DNA of 50,567 nucleotides. It comes from Actinomycetota bacterium. GTDB taxonomy: Bacteria > Actinomycetota > UBA4738 > CALAEC01. The notes under the pieces were generated by a model. That model made no database searches. It saw only the letters and a program-made list of their open reading frames with translations, and had not been told where the DNA came from. Shown one piece after another: positions 35,063-43,575 of the stretch. Numbering within the stretch: the first letter of the stretch is position 1; every line of letters starts with the position of its first letter. The stretch is from contig DASWKG010000029.1 in the NCBI GenBank assembly GCA_036396755.1, positions 1-50,567 of the forward strand. The letters are read 5' to 3'. The position numbers and the translations under genes were made by a program.

Positions 35063-35467
35063 GTGCGCAGGCGAACCTGGGTCGCGCTCGGAGTGGGCCT
35101 CGGGGTGGCGCTCGCCCGGCTCCGCCCCTTCCGCGTGCTCGTGGCGGGGGAGAGCATGGCGCCGGCGCTCCTGCCCGGCGATCAGCTGCTGGTGGTGCGG
35201 GCTCGCCGGGTCCGGCGCGGGCACGTGGTGGTGGTGCGCCCACCGGGGAGCGGGGTCGAGATGATCAAGCGGGTCGCCGGCGTCCCGGGGGAGCGGGTCG
35301 AGCTGGGCCCGAGCGGAGCCTGGACGCTCGGGCCCGACGAGTACCTCGTGCTCGGCGACAACCGCTCGCGGTCGACCGACGCGCGCTCGTTCGGGCCGGT
35401 GCCGGCGTCGGCGATCGCCGGGCGCGCGGTGCTGCGTCTCTGGCCCGGGGCCGGGGTGGTCCACTGA
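35063..35467 (+). CDS. sodX: S26-family NiSOD maturation peptidase
   Basis: Catalytic Ser region GESMAPAL, Lys region MIKRVAG, and GDNR.S.DAR. Divergent from sodN. Confidence 0.88.
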   Translation: MRRRTWVALGVGLGVALARLRPFRVLVAGESMAPALLPGDQLLVVRARRVRRGHVVVVRPPGSGVEMIKRVAGVPGERVELGPSGAWTLGPDEYLVLGDNRSRSTDARSFGPVPASAIAGRAVLRLWPGAGVVH

Positions 35468-35476
35468 GCCCGCGGC

Positions 35477-36736
35477 TCAGGTCTCGTTGCCGTCGCGCGG
35501 AGGTGACTCGAGGCGACGACGCCACGCCGCGAACCCCGCGCCGGCGAGGAGCGACAGCGCCCCGGTGAGGACGATGATGCCCACGGGCCCCAGGAGCGAG
35601 GCCAGCAGGGTGGGAACGAGCGCGGCCACCACGAAGACACCGTTGTAGCCGATGTCGTAGACGGCGAAGGCGCGTCCACGGAAGCCGTCGGGGATCTCGC
35701 GCTGCACGATCGTGTCGGCGGTCACCTTCGTGGCGGTCATGGTGAGGCCCGCGATGAAGACCGCGCCCACGACCGATGCCCACGCCCGGATGGGGCCGAG
35801 CGCAAGGGTTGCGGCCCCGGCCACGAGGAGCGCGACCGGCGCGACCCCGGCGCCGCCGAGCCTCCGGGCCGCAGCCGGGACGGCGATCGCGCCGACGAAC
35901 CCGCCGGCCGCGGCCGCGCCGAGGAGCACCGAGAACCCGGTTACCCCCGCGTCGAGGCGCGTGCGGAGGATGACGAGGGACGCGAGCAGGACGAACCCCA
36001 GCACGCCGCGGATCGTCCAGATCGCCGCGACGGCGTAGCGCGCGCCGCGCCGTGCGAGTAGCACCCGGAGACCCTGGCGCACGTCTCGCCAGTTGTTCCC
36101 GAGCTCGGCGACGATCCCGCGAAGGCCGCGCCGCTCGCCGGGCGGGAGGGCCAGCAGGCCGGCGACCACGGCTGCGGCCGCCATGAGCGTGGCCGCCGCG
36201 AGCAGCGCCGCCCGCTCATCGACGAGGTCGGTGAGCGGCCCCCCGATCACCGCCCCCAGGAGGCCGAAGACCATCCCGGCGGTGCTCGAGACCGTGTTGG
36301 CGAGCAGGTAGCCGGTCTCGGGGACCACGAGCGGGAGCACCGCGCTCTTCGTCGCGTGGAAGAAGCGGTTCACGGAGACGTTCGCGACGATCAGCGCGAG
36401 CAGCGCCGGCTCGGGCCAGCCGAGGGCCGGCACCAACGCGAGGGTGAGGGCCACCCTGATCACGTTCGAGCCGACCAGGATCGATCGTCGGGAGAAGCGG
36501 TCGATGAACGGCCCGACGAACGGCCCGACCACCGAGAACGGGATCAGCGTGACGGCGAGCACCTTCGTCACCTGGCCGGGCGTCCGCGCCGCGGAGACGT
36601 CGAACACGAGGACCGACGCGACGGCGATCTGGTAGAGGCCGTCGGCGGTCTGCGACAGGATCTGCGTCGACAGGAGGCGCCGGAACCCCGGCAGCGCGCC
36701 CAGCGATCGCAGGCCGGCGAGTCCGCGCTCTTGCAT
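35477..36736 (-). CDS. MFS transporter
   Basis: 12 predicted TM segments and the MFS loop motif DRFSRRS. Confidence 0.8.
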   Translation of the reverse strand: MQERGLAGLRSLGALPGFRRLLSTQILSQTADGLYQIAVASVLVFDVSAARTPGQVTKVLAVTLIPFSVVGPFVGPFIDRFSRRSILVGSNVIRVALTLALVPALGWPEPALLALIVANVSVNRFFHATKSAVLPLVVPETGYLLANTVSSTAGMVFGLLGAVIGGPLTDLVDERAALLAAATLMAAAAVVAGLLALPPGERRGLRGIVAELGNNWRDVRQGLRVLLARRGARYAVAAIWTIRGVLGFVLLASLVILRTRLDAGVTGFSVLLGAAAAGGFVGAIAVPAAARRLGGAGVAPVALLVAGAATLALGPIRAWASVVGAVFIAGLTMTATKVTADTIVQREIPDGFRGRAFAVYDIGYNGVFVVAALVPTLLASLLGPVGIIVLTGALSLLAGAGFAAWRRRLESPPRDGNET

Positions 36737-36757
36737 CAGCGCGCCGCCCGTGCGGTG

Positions 36758-37879
36758 CTACGCGTCGGCGTGCGTGTCGAAGAACGTCGTCCAGTCGGCG
36801 GACGAGGTGCCGTTGCCGAGGATGAAGTCCTCCACCATCTCGCGCGCGGCGTCATCGGAGAATTGCACCGGCGGCGACTTCATGAAGTACGCCGAGGGCC
36901 CGATCAGCGGCCCCCCGATCCCGCGGTCCATCGCGAGCTTCGTGCAGCGCACCGCGTCGATCACGATGCCGGCGGAGTTCGGCGAGTCCCACACCTCGAG
37001 CTTCAGCTCGACCGAGATCGGGATGTCCCCGAACTCGCGTCCCTCGAGCCGGATGTGCGCCCACTTGCGGTCCTGGAGCCACGGCACGTGGTCGGACGGC
37101 CCGATGTGGATGTCCTCGGCGGCGATGCCGTCGCGGAGCTGGGAGGTGACCGACTGCGTCTTCGAGATCTTCTTCGAGTGCAGCCGCTCGCGCTCGAGCA
37201 TGTTCATGAAGTCCATGTTCCCGCCGAAGTTGAGCTGCGAGGTGTGGTCGAGCTTCACGCCGCGGTCCTCGAAGAGCTTCGCGAGGATGCGGTGGATGAT
37301 CGTCGCGCCGACCTGGGACTTGATGTCGTCGCCGATGATCGGGACGCCCGCGTCGCCGAAGCGCCGGGCCCACGAGCGGTCGGAGGCGATGAACACGGGG
37401 ATGCAGTTGACGAAGCCGACGCCCGCACGCAGGGCCGCCGCGGCGTAGTGCCGCGTGGCGTCCTCGCTGCCGACCGGCAGGTAGTTCACGAGCACGTCGA
37501 CCTCGGCCTCGCGCAGCGCGCGCTCGACGTCGACCGGCTCGTCGGCCGACTCGTCGGCGACCTCGCGGTAGTAGTGGCCGAGGCCGTCGAACGTGGGCCC
37601 GCGGAGCACGTCGACGCCCACCGGCGCCACGTCGGAGAACTTGACCGTGTTGTTGGGGGGCGAGAAGACGGCCTCGGAGACGTCGCGGCCGACCTTCTTC
37701 GCATCGACGTCGAAGGCGAGGACCACCTCGACGTCGGAGACCTGGTACGGGCCGAGCGTGGTGTGCATCAGGCCCGGCACGGACTCGTGTGGGTCGGCGT
37801 CCTTGTAGAACTCGAGGCCCTGCACGAGCGCGGAGGCGCAGTTGCCAACCCCCACGATGCCCAGACGGACCTTGCTCAT
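36758..37879 (-). CDS. ino1: myo-Inositol-1-phosphate synthase
   Basis: [21 protein letters not shown]-binding start, and conserved GDD.KSQ.GAT..HR. Downstream of PadR as in mycobacteria. Confidence 0.92.
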   Translation of the reverse strand: MSKVRLGIVGVGNCASALVQGLEFYKDADPHESVPGLMHTTLGPYQVSDVEVVLAFDVDAKKVGRDVSEAVFSPPNNTVKFSDVAPVGVDVLRGPTFDGLGHYYREVADESADEPVDVERALREAEVDVLVNYLPVGSEDATRHYAAAALRAGVGFVNCIPVFIASDRSWARRFGDAGVPIIGDDIKSQVGATIIHRILAKLFEDRGVKLDHTSQLNFGGNMDFMNMLERERLHSKKISKTQSVTSQLRDGIAAEDIHIGPSDHVPWLQDRKWAHIRLEGREFGDIPISVELKLEVWDSPNSAGIVIDAVRCTKLAMDRGIGGPLIGPSAYFMKSPPVQFSDDAAREMVEDFILGNGTSSADWTTFFDTHADA

Positions 37880-38466
37880 GCGCTGACTCCCTTCTTCTTC
37901 GGGGTTCTCGGGGTCCTGGCCGCTGCCCTCGGCTTGCGTTGGCGCCGGGGGGCCGCGGCCAGCCGCTCCTGCTCGATGAGCTCATCGAGCCAGCGGATGT
38001 CATGCTCGGTGGTGTCCATGCCGTGGCGCATCAGGGACAGCGTGTAGTTGTCGATGCGCTCGCGGTACGCGGTGAGGCGCTCTTTCAGCTCGCGGAGGCG
38101 GTCGAGCAGCACGGCCTTGCGCTGCTCCATCACGCCGATCCGCACCTCGGGCTTGAGGTGGCGGAAGAAGGCGAGCTGGACGCGGAAGCCGTTGTCGTCG
38201 GTGCCCTGCGAGGGGGTCTCGGCGAGCTGGGCGAACAGCTGCTCGCCCTGCTCGGTGACCCGGTAGACGTTCTTGCGCCGCCCGACCTCGCCCTTGGGGA
38301 AGACCATCTCGACGGCGCCCTGTCCCTGCAGGCGCTTGAGCGCGGGGTAGAGCGAGCCATAGGACACCTGCCAGAAGGGGCCGAGCGACTCGGACACCCG
38401 CTTCTTCAGCTGGTATCCGTGCATGGCCCGCTCCTTCAGGAGCCCCAGGACCGCCAGTTCGAGCAC
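37876..38466 (-). CDS. PadR-family transcriptional regulator
   Basis: GTG 38466 lies 7 nt after GGAGG. It has LELAVLGLL....MHGYQL......G.....[11 protein letters not shown]...G. The stop overlaps the ino1 ATG (ATGA). Confidence 0.85.
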   Translation of the reverse strand: MLELAVLGLLKERAMHGYQLKKRVSESLGPFWQVSYGSLYPALKRLQGQGAVEMVFPKGEVGRRKNVYRVTEQGEQLFAQLAETPSQGTDDNGFRVQLAFFRHLKPEVRIGVMEQRKAVLLDRLRELKERLTAYRERIDNYTLSLMRHGMDTTEHDIRWLDELIEQERLAAAPRRQRKPRAAARTPRTPKKKGVSA

Positions 38467-38525
38467 CGCTTCACCTCCGGCTCGCCACCACCGCCGCCAT
38501 CGCGTATCGTGACGAGGGCTGCGAG

Positions 38526-38564
38526 ACGATATATCGAGTCGATATATCGAGTCGATATATACCC
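38526..38564. repeat. Triple tandem AT-rich palindromic element (13-bp unit TCGATATATCGAG), a candidate operator
   Basis: aCGATATATCGAG (38526-38538), TCGATATATCGAG (38539-38551) and TCGATATATAccc (38552-38564). The middle unit contains a perfect 12-bp palindrome, TCGATATATCGA. Confidence 0.8.
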
Positions 38565-38692
38565 GCGAGCGATGCCAACTGTCAACTTCCCGGCAGGAGG
38601 CGGCGGCATCGGGGGAGAAGTCTTCCTTCGGGGTTTCCCGGGGGGTTCGTCCCTGGTAGGCTCCGCGTCCGAGAGCGTGAATGGAGGGTGAG

Positions 38693-39868
38693 ATGAGGTC
38701 GGCTCGTTCGTCCTTGGCGCCGTTCGTCGTGTTCGGGGCCTCGATGGTCGTCCTCGTGGCGGCCGCCCTTCCCAGCCCGGCGCAGACCACCACCACGGTC
38801 ACCATCAGCTACGCGGCCGAGTCGGACGCGGCCGGCGTCGAGCTCAACCTGGCCGACCAGCTCGTGATCGGCGGAGGCGTCACCCACGCCGAGATCACGG
38901 CCGCGGGGCCGAAGGCCTCCGGCTTCGGGCAGGGCCTCCTGAACGTCGATCAGACCCTCGCCGAGAGCGCGGCCCCGGGCGACGAGGGGCCGAACGAGGC
39001 CTCGGGCGGCGGGATCAGCGAGAGCATCGGCGGCCTCCTCACGATCGACCTCGCCGGCGGCACCGCGTCGTCGGAGAGCAGCGTGGCGGGCGACCGCCCG
39101 AGCACCGCGAACCAGGCCAGGCTCGCCGCGACGCAGATCGCAGCCGACCCGGTGGCGAACCCGCTCGGCGCGGGCTTCGCGATCACCGTCTCCTCGTTCG
39201 GCACCGTCGCCGACGCGAGCGCGCGCTCCGCCACGAACGTCGAGGCCCGCGCGGGCGGTGACGGCGTCGTGATCAGCATCACCGTCGACGTCGACGTGCT
39301 CGGCGCCGTCAGCGGCCTGCAGGACCAGGTGTGCGGCGGCCTCGGCGACATCCCGGCCATCGGTGAGACGCTCGAGGACACCTGCAACGACGTGTTCGAC
39401 ACGCTCACCGGCCAGCAGCCGTTCGCGGCGATCACTGTCGGAGACAGCTCGGTGTCCTGCGGATGGGACGGCCGCCGCGCCGACGCGGACGGCGAGGCCT
39501 CGACGATCACCGTCGAGCTGTTCGGCCAGGAGCCGATCGTCGTGGACCCGGGCGAGACCGTGACCGTCGCCGAGGGCACCCCGCTCGAGATCACCGCCGG
39601 GGCGGGGAGCTTCACCGAGGAAGCGGTGAACGGCGGCGACGAGGAGACCGACTCGGTCAGCGCCCGCGCCAGCGGCGCGTTCCTGTCGCTGTTCGCCGGG
39701 CAGGTCGACCTGGGCCTGGCCGTCGCCACCTGCGGCGTGTCGGGGCTCATCACGACCGACACCGAGATCGCCAGGACCGGCGTGCCGGTCCTCCCGATGC
39801 TCCTCGGCGGCGCGGGCATCGCGGCCGCCGGCGTGAGCCTCCGCCGGTTCCTGCGGCGCCCCCGGTAG
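38693..39868 (+). CDS. Secreted surface protein with a C-terminal sortase sorting signal (IARTG)
   Basis: SD GGAGGG. Signal peptide SSLAPFVVFGASMVVLVAAALPSPAQ. The C-terminus has IARTG, the hydrophobic stretch VPVLPMLLGGAGIAAAGVSL, and the basic tail RRFLRRPR. Confidence 0.8.
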   Translation: MRSARSSLAPFVVFGASMVVLVAAALPSPAQTTTTVTISYAAESDAAGVELNLADQLVIGGGVTHAEITAAGPKASGFGQGLLNVDQTLAESAAPGDEGPNEASGGGISESIGGLLTIDLAGGTASSESSVAGDRPSTANQARLAATQIAADPVANPLGAGFAITVSSFGTVADASARSATNVEARAGGDGVVISITVDVDVLGAVSGLQDQVCGGLGDIPAIGETLEDTCNDVFDTLTGQQPFAAITVGDSSVSCGWDGRRADADGEASTITVELFGQEPIVVDPGETVTVAEGTPLEITAGAGSFTEEAVNGGDEETDSVSARASGAFLSLFAGQVDLGLAVATCGVSGLITTDTEIARTGVPVLPMLLGGAGIAAAGVSLRRFLRRPR

Positions 39869-39878
39869 GGAGGCGCCC

Positions 39879-40601
39879 ATGGAGGGGAAGCGCGAGCGGA
39901 GCCCGCTCTACCCCGACGAGGTGCTTCGTGGCGACCGCGCGGGCGGGCTGTGGCGCCGTCTGCGCTCCTCCCTCGGCCTGATCGGTGATTCGTGGCGCGG
40001 CCGCCCCGGGCCGCGACGCGCGCTGGGAGCCCTCTCGGTCGTGCTGATGCTCGGCGGCGTCGGGCTCTTCTCGTATCCGTTCCTCACGAACCTCTACGCG
40101 GACTGGCAGCAGTCGAAGCTCGAGGACCAGTTCCACGAGGAGTCGACGCGCCGCGCCTATATCACGCGGACGATCCGCCCCGGCGAGGCCCTGACGAAGA
40201 TCCACATCCCCGCCCTCGATGTGGACGCGATCGTGGTCGAGGGGACGACGCCCTCGGCGCTGCGCGCGGGCGCCGGCCACTACCAGCAGACCGCGCTGCC
40301 GTGCGAGAAGGGGAACTCGGCGATCGCGGGGCACCGAACGACGTACTCCAAGCCCTTCGCGAACCTCCAGGACCTCGAGAAGGGCGACGAGATCGTGGTG
40401 ACCACCCCGGTCGGGCGCTGTGTCTACGAGGTGATCGGCGAGCCGTGGATCACGACCCCCGACGACTTCCGCGTGCTCCAGCCGGTGCGGGGGTCGGTCC
40501 TGACGCTCACGACGTGCGACCCGCCGGGGAGCGCCGAGCAGCGCCTGATCGTGCGCGCCGAGCTGGTCTCGAGCGAGGTCCTGCCCGTGGAGGGGAGCTG
40601 A
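39879..40601 (+). CDS. Class E-like sortase
   Basis: N-terminal TM anchor. Catalytic His (AIAGHRTTY), the TLTTC Cys motif, and Arg (IVRAELV). Confidence 0.88.
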   Translation: MEGKRERSPLYPDEVLRGDRAGGLWRRLRSSLGLIGDSWRGRPGPRRALGALSVVLMLGGVGLFSYPFLTNLYADWQQSKLEDQFHEESTRRAYITRTIRPGEALTKIHIPALDVDAIVVEGTTPSALRAGAGHYQQTALPCEKGNSAIAGHRTTYSKPFANLQDLEKGDEIVVTTPVGRCVYEVIGEPWITTPDDFRVLQPVRGSVLTLTTCDPPGSAEQRLIVRAELVSSEVLPVEGS

Positions 40602-40825
40602 TGGCCGGCGAGCATCACTTCCACTTCACGATCCTTGGGCGGTACCCGGCGAAGCTCCAGGGCAACGAGCCCGCGGTCACCGTGAACGTCGCGACGGGCC
40701 ACGGCGAGAAGGTCGTCCACGCCGGCACGCTGACGATGGCCGAGGCCGAGTGGGAAGAGCTGGTGTCGGCCCTTCAACAGTCGCTCGGCGCCCGCGTCGA
40801 GATCGACGACCACACCGCGGGCTGA
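40601..40825 (+). CDS. Hypothetical 74-aa His-rich cytoplasmic protein coupled to the sortase gene
   Basis: The ATG shares its A with the sortase TGA (TGATG). Translation begins MAGEHHFHFTILGRYPAKLQGNEPAVTVNVATGHGEKVVHAGTLTMAEAEWEEL... No family recognised. Confidence 0.45.
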   Translation: MAGEHHFHFTILGRYPAKLQGNEPAVTVNVATGHGEKVVHAGTLTMAEAEWEELVSALQQSLGARVEIDDHTAG

Positions 40826-40855
40826 GTAAGCGGTCTGCGTAGTTACCATGTGGTC

Positions 40856-40861
40856 TATACT
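40856..40861 (+). promoter_or_regulatory. Candidate -10 hexamer TATACT, 6 nt before ATG 40868 (leaderless candidate)
   Basis: It lies inside the inverted repeat GGTCTATACTCAGACC, in a locally AT-richer patch. Confidence 0.4.
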
Positions 40862-40867
40862 CAGACC

Positions 40868-41470
40868 ATGCGGTTGGTCGACGCGCTGGACGAGGTCCTG
40901 GGGACCCGGGGACGGGTTCGCGTTCTGCGGGCGCTGATCGCCGCGCCCGAGAGCCTGCCGGCCAGTGGGCGCGAGATCGCGCGCAGAACGGGTCTGGCGC
41001 ACCCCCAGGCATCGTCGATCCTGGGCTCCTTCGTCGCACAAGGACTCGTCACACGGCACCGCGGCCCACGCATCCACCTGTACGACCTGAACCGCAGCCA
41101 CGTGCTGCTTCCGCACCTCGAGGCCCTGTTCGAAGGTGAGGCGGCCGTCCGCCCGGCGCTCGATGCGTTGCTTCGTGAGCGCCTCTCGGCGGGCCCCATC
41201 CTCAAGGCCGCGGTCTTCGGAAGCGCCGTGGTCGATGGGATGGATGTCGAGAGCGACCTCGACCTCGCCATCGTCGCTCGGCCCGGATCGGAGTCGGAGG
41301 TCGCCGGCCTCCTCGATGGGATGGCGGAGGAGGTGCGGGCCAGATTCGGCATCAGGCTGTCTCCCCTCGTCTCGTTCGGCGAGAAGGACGCGTGGCCCAA
41401 GCGTCCGCCGATCTGGCGGCGGATCGAAGCCGAAGGGCTTCCCTTGAGCCTCTCGCGGGAGGCGGGGTGA
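40868..41470 (+). CDS. Winged-helix DNA-binding domain fused to a minimal nucleotidyltransferase (MNT-like)
   Basis: wHTH (ASGREIARRTGLAHPQASSILGSFVAQGLV) followed by an NTase motif FGSAV..(x)..SDLDLAIV. The ORF track start is 40850; I prefer 40868. Confidence 0.75.
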   Translation: MRLVDALDEVLGTRGRVRVLRALIAAPESLPASGREIARRTGLAHPQASSILGSFVAQGLVTRHRGPRIHLYDLNRSHVLLPHLEALFEGEAAVRPALDALLRERLSAGPILKAAVFGSAVVDGMDVESDLDLAIVARPGSESEVAGLLDGMAEEVRARFGIRLSPLVSFGEKDAWPKRPPIWRRIEAEGLPLSLSREAG

Positions 41471-41886
41471 CCGGGCGGCGCAAGACGGTGCAGGTGCGGC
41501 GGCAGGAAGCACCCCAGTTCCTCGGGAAGGCCGCGCAGTTCGCGGACGCGGCCCGATCCAGCCTGGAAAGCGATCGCCGCGACGCGGCGCTCCTGGACTC
41601 CGTCCACGCGGTCATCAGCGCCGCGGATGCGGTCACGGCCGGGCTGGCCGGCGTCCGCTCGGCCGATCCGGACCACCAGCGAAGCTTGGATCTGTTGGAG
41701 GAGGTCGTCGGGTCGTCGGCGGCGGTGCGCGTACACGTGCGCCAGGCGCGGACGCTCCTCGCGAAGAAGAACGTGGTGGAGTACGAGTCACGGAGGGCGA
41801 CCGCCCGCGAGGCCGCCGACGCGGTTGCGCGGGCCGAGCGATTCGTGGCCTGGGCCGGGGAAGTGGTCGGGCGGGCTGCCGTCTGA
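41467..41886 (+). CDS. HEPN-domain protein, partner of the upstream nucleotidyltransferase
   Basis: GTG 41467 overlaps the NTase TGA (GTGA). Alpha-helical, about 139 aa. It has one R-x5-H match, RSADPDH (41656-41676). Confidence 0.6.
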   Translation: MTGRRKTVQVRRQEAPQFLGKAAQFADAARSSLESDRRDAALLDSVHAVISAADAVTAGLAGVRSADPDHQRSLDLLEEVVGSSAAVRVHVRQARTLLAKKNVVEYESRRATAREAADAVARAERFVAWAGEVVGRAAV

Positions 41887-41898
41887 GCTTCTCTCGCC

Positions 41899-42429
41899 TC
41901 AGCCGGCCAGGCCGCTTCCCGGGCTCTGGAGGACCTCGACGGTGGCGACCTTCCAGCCTTCCGTGGTGCGGATGAGGCCGACCTCGATGCGGAGGGTCTC
42001 GCTCCGGGGGACGGCGGTGCTCTCGTTGGTGATCTCCTCGTCGACCACGCCGAAGACGCTCGCGGTGGCGCCCTCGATCTCTTGCACGAAGACGCTGCGG
42101 ACTTCGCCCACGCTCTCGGCTTGACTCTCGCGGATCGCCTGGACGCGCTCGTCGCTGAAGGTCTCCTGCACCTCATCGGCGAACTCACCCGTGGCGAACG
42201 CGCGGATCTCGGCCACGTCGTCCTCGATCGTGTCGGCGCTGAAGTTGGTGAGCGCGGCGAGGAACTGTCGGGCGACCGCCGCGACCTCGTCCCGGCGGGC
42301 CTCCTCGGCCTTGGCGCCGCGCCACAGGACGAAGAAGAGCACCGCGCCGACGACCGCGACGACCGTCAGCGCCCACGGCAGCGCGCGCGAGCGCACCACG
42401 CGGCGGAGCGGGATCCGGGGCACCTTCAT
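41899..42429 (-). CDS. Mce-associated membrane protein (Mas-like)
   Basis: N-terminal TM helix LPWALTVVAVVGAVLFFVLW followed by an SnoaL-like soluble domain. Immediately downstream of the mce operon. Confidence 0.7.
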   Translation of the reverse strand: MKVPRIPLRRVVRSRALPWALTVVAVVGAVLFFVLWRGAKAEEARRDEVAAVARQFLAALTNFSADTIEDDVAEIRAFATGEFADEVQETFSDERVQAIRESQAESVGEVRSVFVQEIEGATASVFGVVDEEITNESTAVPRSETLRIEVGLIRTTEGWKVATVEVLQSPGSGLAG

Positions 42430-42468
42430 CCCCGGCAGGGTAGGGGGTCGGCGCGCGTTCCGCGACAG

Positions 42469-43575
42469 CTAGCGGCCCGGGTGGAGCTTCGAGCCGTGGA
42501 CGAGCGGCGGGCGGTAGGGCTGGGTGCCGGGGCCGACGCCCGTCCCGAACCGCGAGCGGCACGCGTCTGCGGCGTAGACGTCGGGGGGCGGGCGGTGGGG
42601 TGTGTGGGGCAGCCCGGGGGGCTCCTGGGGGGCCAGGAAGTGGACGCGGAACCAGTCGAGGCCGTCCTTCCCGCGCCGCACCGACTGCTCGACCCCGTCG
42701 AAGAAGAAGTGGTTCAGGTCGAGCGTTGCCTTCAGGTTGCCCAGGTGCGGCGCGCTGATCAGGAAGCTGTTGATGCTCCCGAAGTCGTCGATCAGGCACG
42801 CGATGTTCGCCTTCTCGTCCGCCAGCAGTCCGCCGAGGACCTCGCCGAGGTCGGCGCTGTTCCGCGACAGCTCGACCAGGTCGAAGCGCCGGTCGCGGAG
42901 GATGTCGGCGAGCAGGGCGGTCTGGGTGATGTCGTCACCCAGCGCCTTGACGTTCGTCGCGAGGACGTCGAGCACCTCGGGGCTCCTCGTGAAGAGGGAG
43001 GCGAGCTCGCGGCGCACCTCGAGGATCCGCTCGGAGAGGTCGGCGCTCGAGACGGAGAGCCGGCCGAGGTCGTCGCCGCGCCCGCGCAGGCCCGTGGCCA
43101 GCTCGCTCACCAGGTCGCCGAGGTCCTCGGGCGGGACGGCCTCGAGCACGTCGGAGAGCACCTGGATCGTGCGCTCCGCCTCGGGCGGCTGGATCGTGTT
43201 CTCCATCGGGATCGTGCCGCCGTCGGCGAGGGGAGACCCCTCGCCCGGGACGAGCTCGACCGTGAGGTCGCCGATCGGGCTGCGCCGGGTGATGACCGCG
43301 ACGGTGTCCTCGGTGATCGTGATGTCGGGGTCGAGGGCCACCGAGAGGACGGCCGTCCCCTCCTCGGTGAGCACCACCTCCTGCACGAAGCCCGACGGGA
43401 CGCCGCGGACGGTGACGTCGCTGCGCGGGAGCAGCCCCGCGGCGTTCGAGACCTCGATCCGCACCGTGCGCTCCTTCGCCGAGGGCAGGAGGTACTGCGT
43501 GACGCCGAGCACGATCAGCACCGTGGAGACGATGAGGAAGGTCACCGCGTTCGCGATCGTCCGCTTGGCGATCAT
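42469..43575 (-). CDS. Mce/MlaD-family substrate-binding protein (sixth, MceF position)
   Basis: N-terminal TM helix, then an MlaD domain (V.V.G...G.V). Confidence 0.85.
   Translation of the reverse strand: MIAKRTIANAVTFLIVSTVLIVLGVTQYLLPSAKERTVRIEVSNAAGLLPRSDVTVRGVPSGFVQEVVLTEEGTAVLSVALDPDITITEDTVAVITRRSPIGDLTVELVPGEGSPLADGGTIPMENTIQPPEAERTIQVLSDVLEAVPPEDLGDLVSELATGLRGRGDDLGRLSVSSADLSERILEVRRELASLFTRSPEVLDVLATNVKALGDDITQTALLADILRDRRFDLVELSRNSADLGEVLGGLLADEKANIACLIDDFGSINSFLISAPHLGNLKATLDLNHFFFDGVEQSVRRGKDGLDWFRVHFLAPQEPPGLPHTPHRPPPDVYAADACRSRFGTGVGPGTQPYRPPLVHGSKLHPGR

Noticed and set aside
38467-38805. N-terminal 113-aa extension of the PadR ORF (ORF track 37876..38805)
   Set aside because: The extension would read through the AT-rich triple palindrome and is Arg/Ser-rich. 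A GGAGG SD followed by GTG at 38466 sits exactly at the start of the PadR wHTH.
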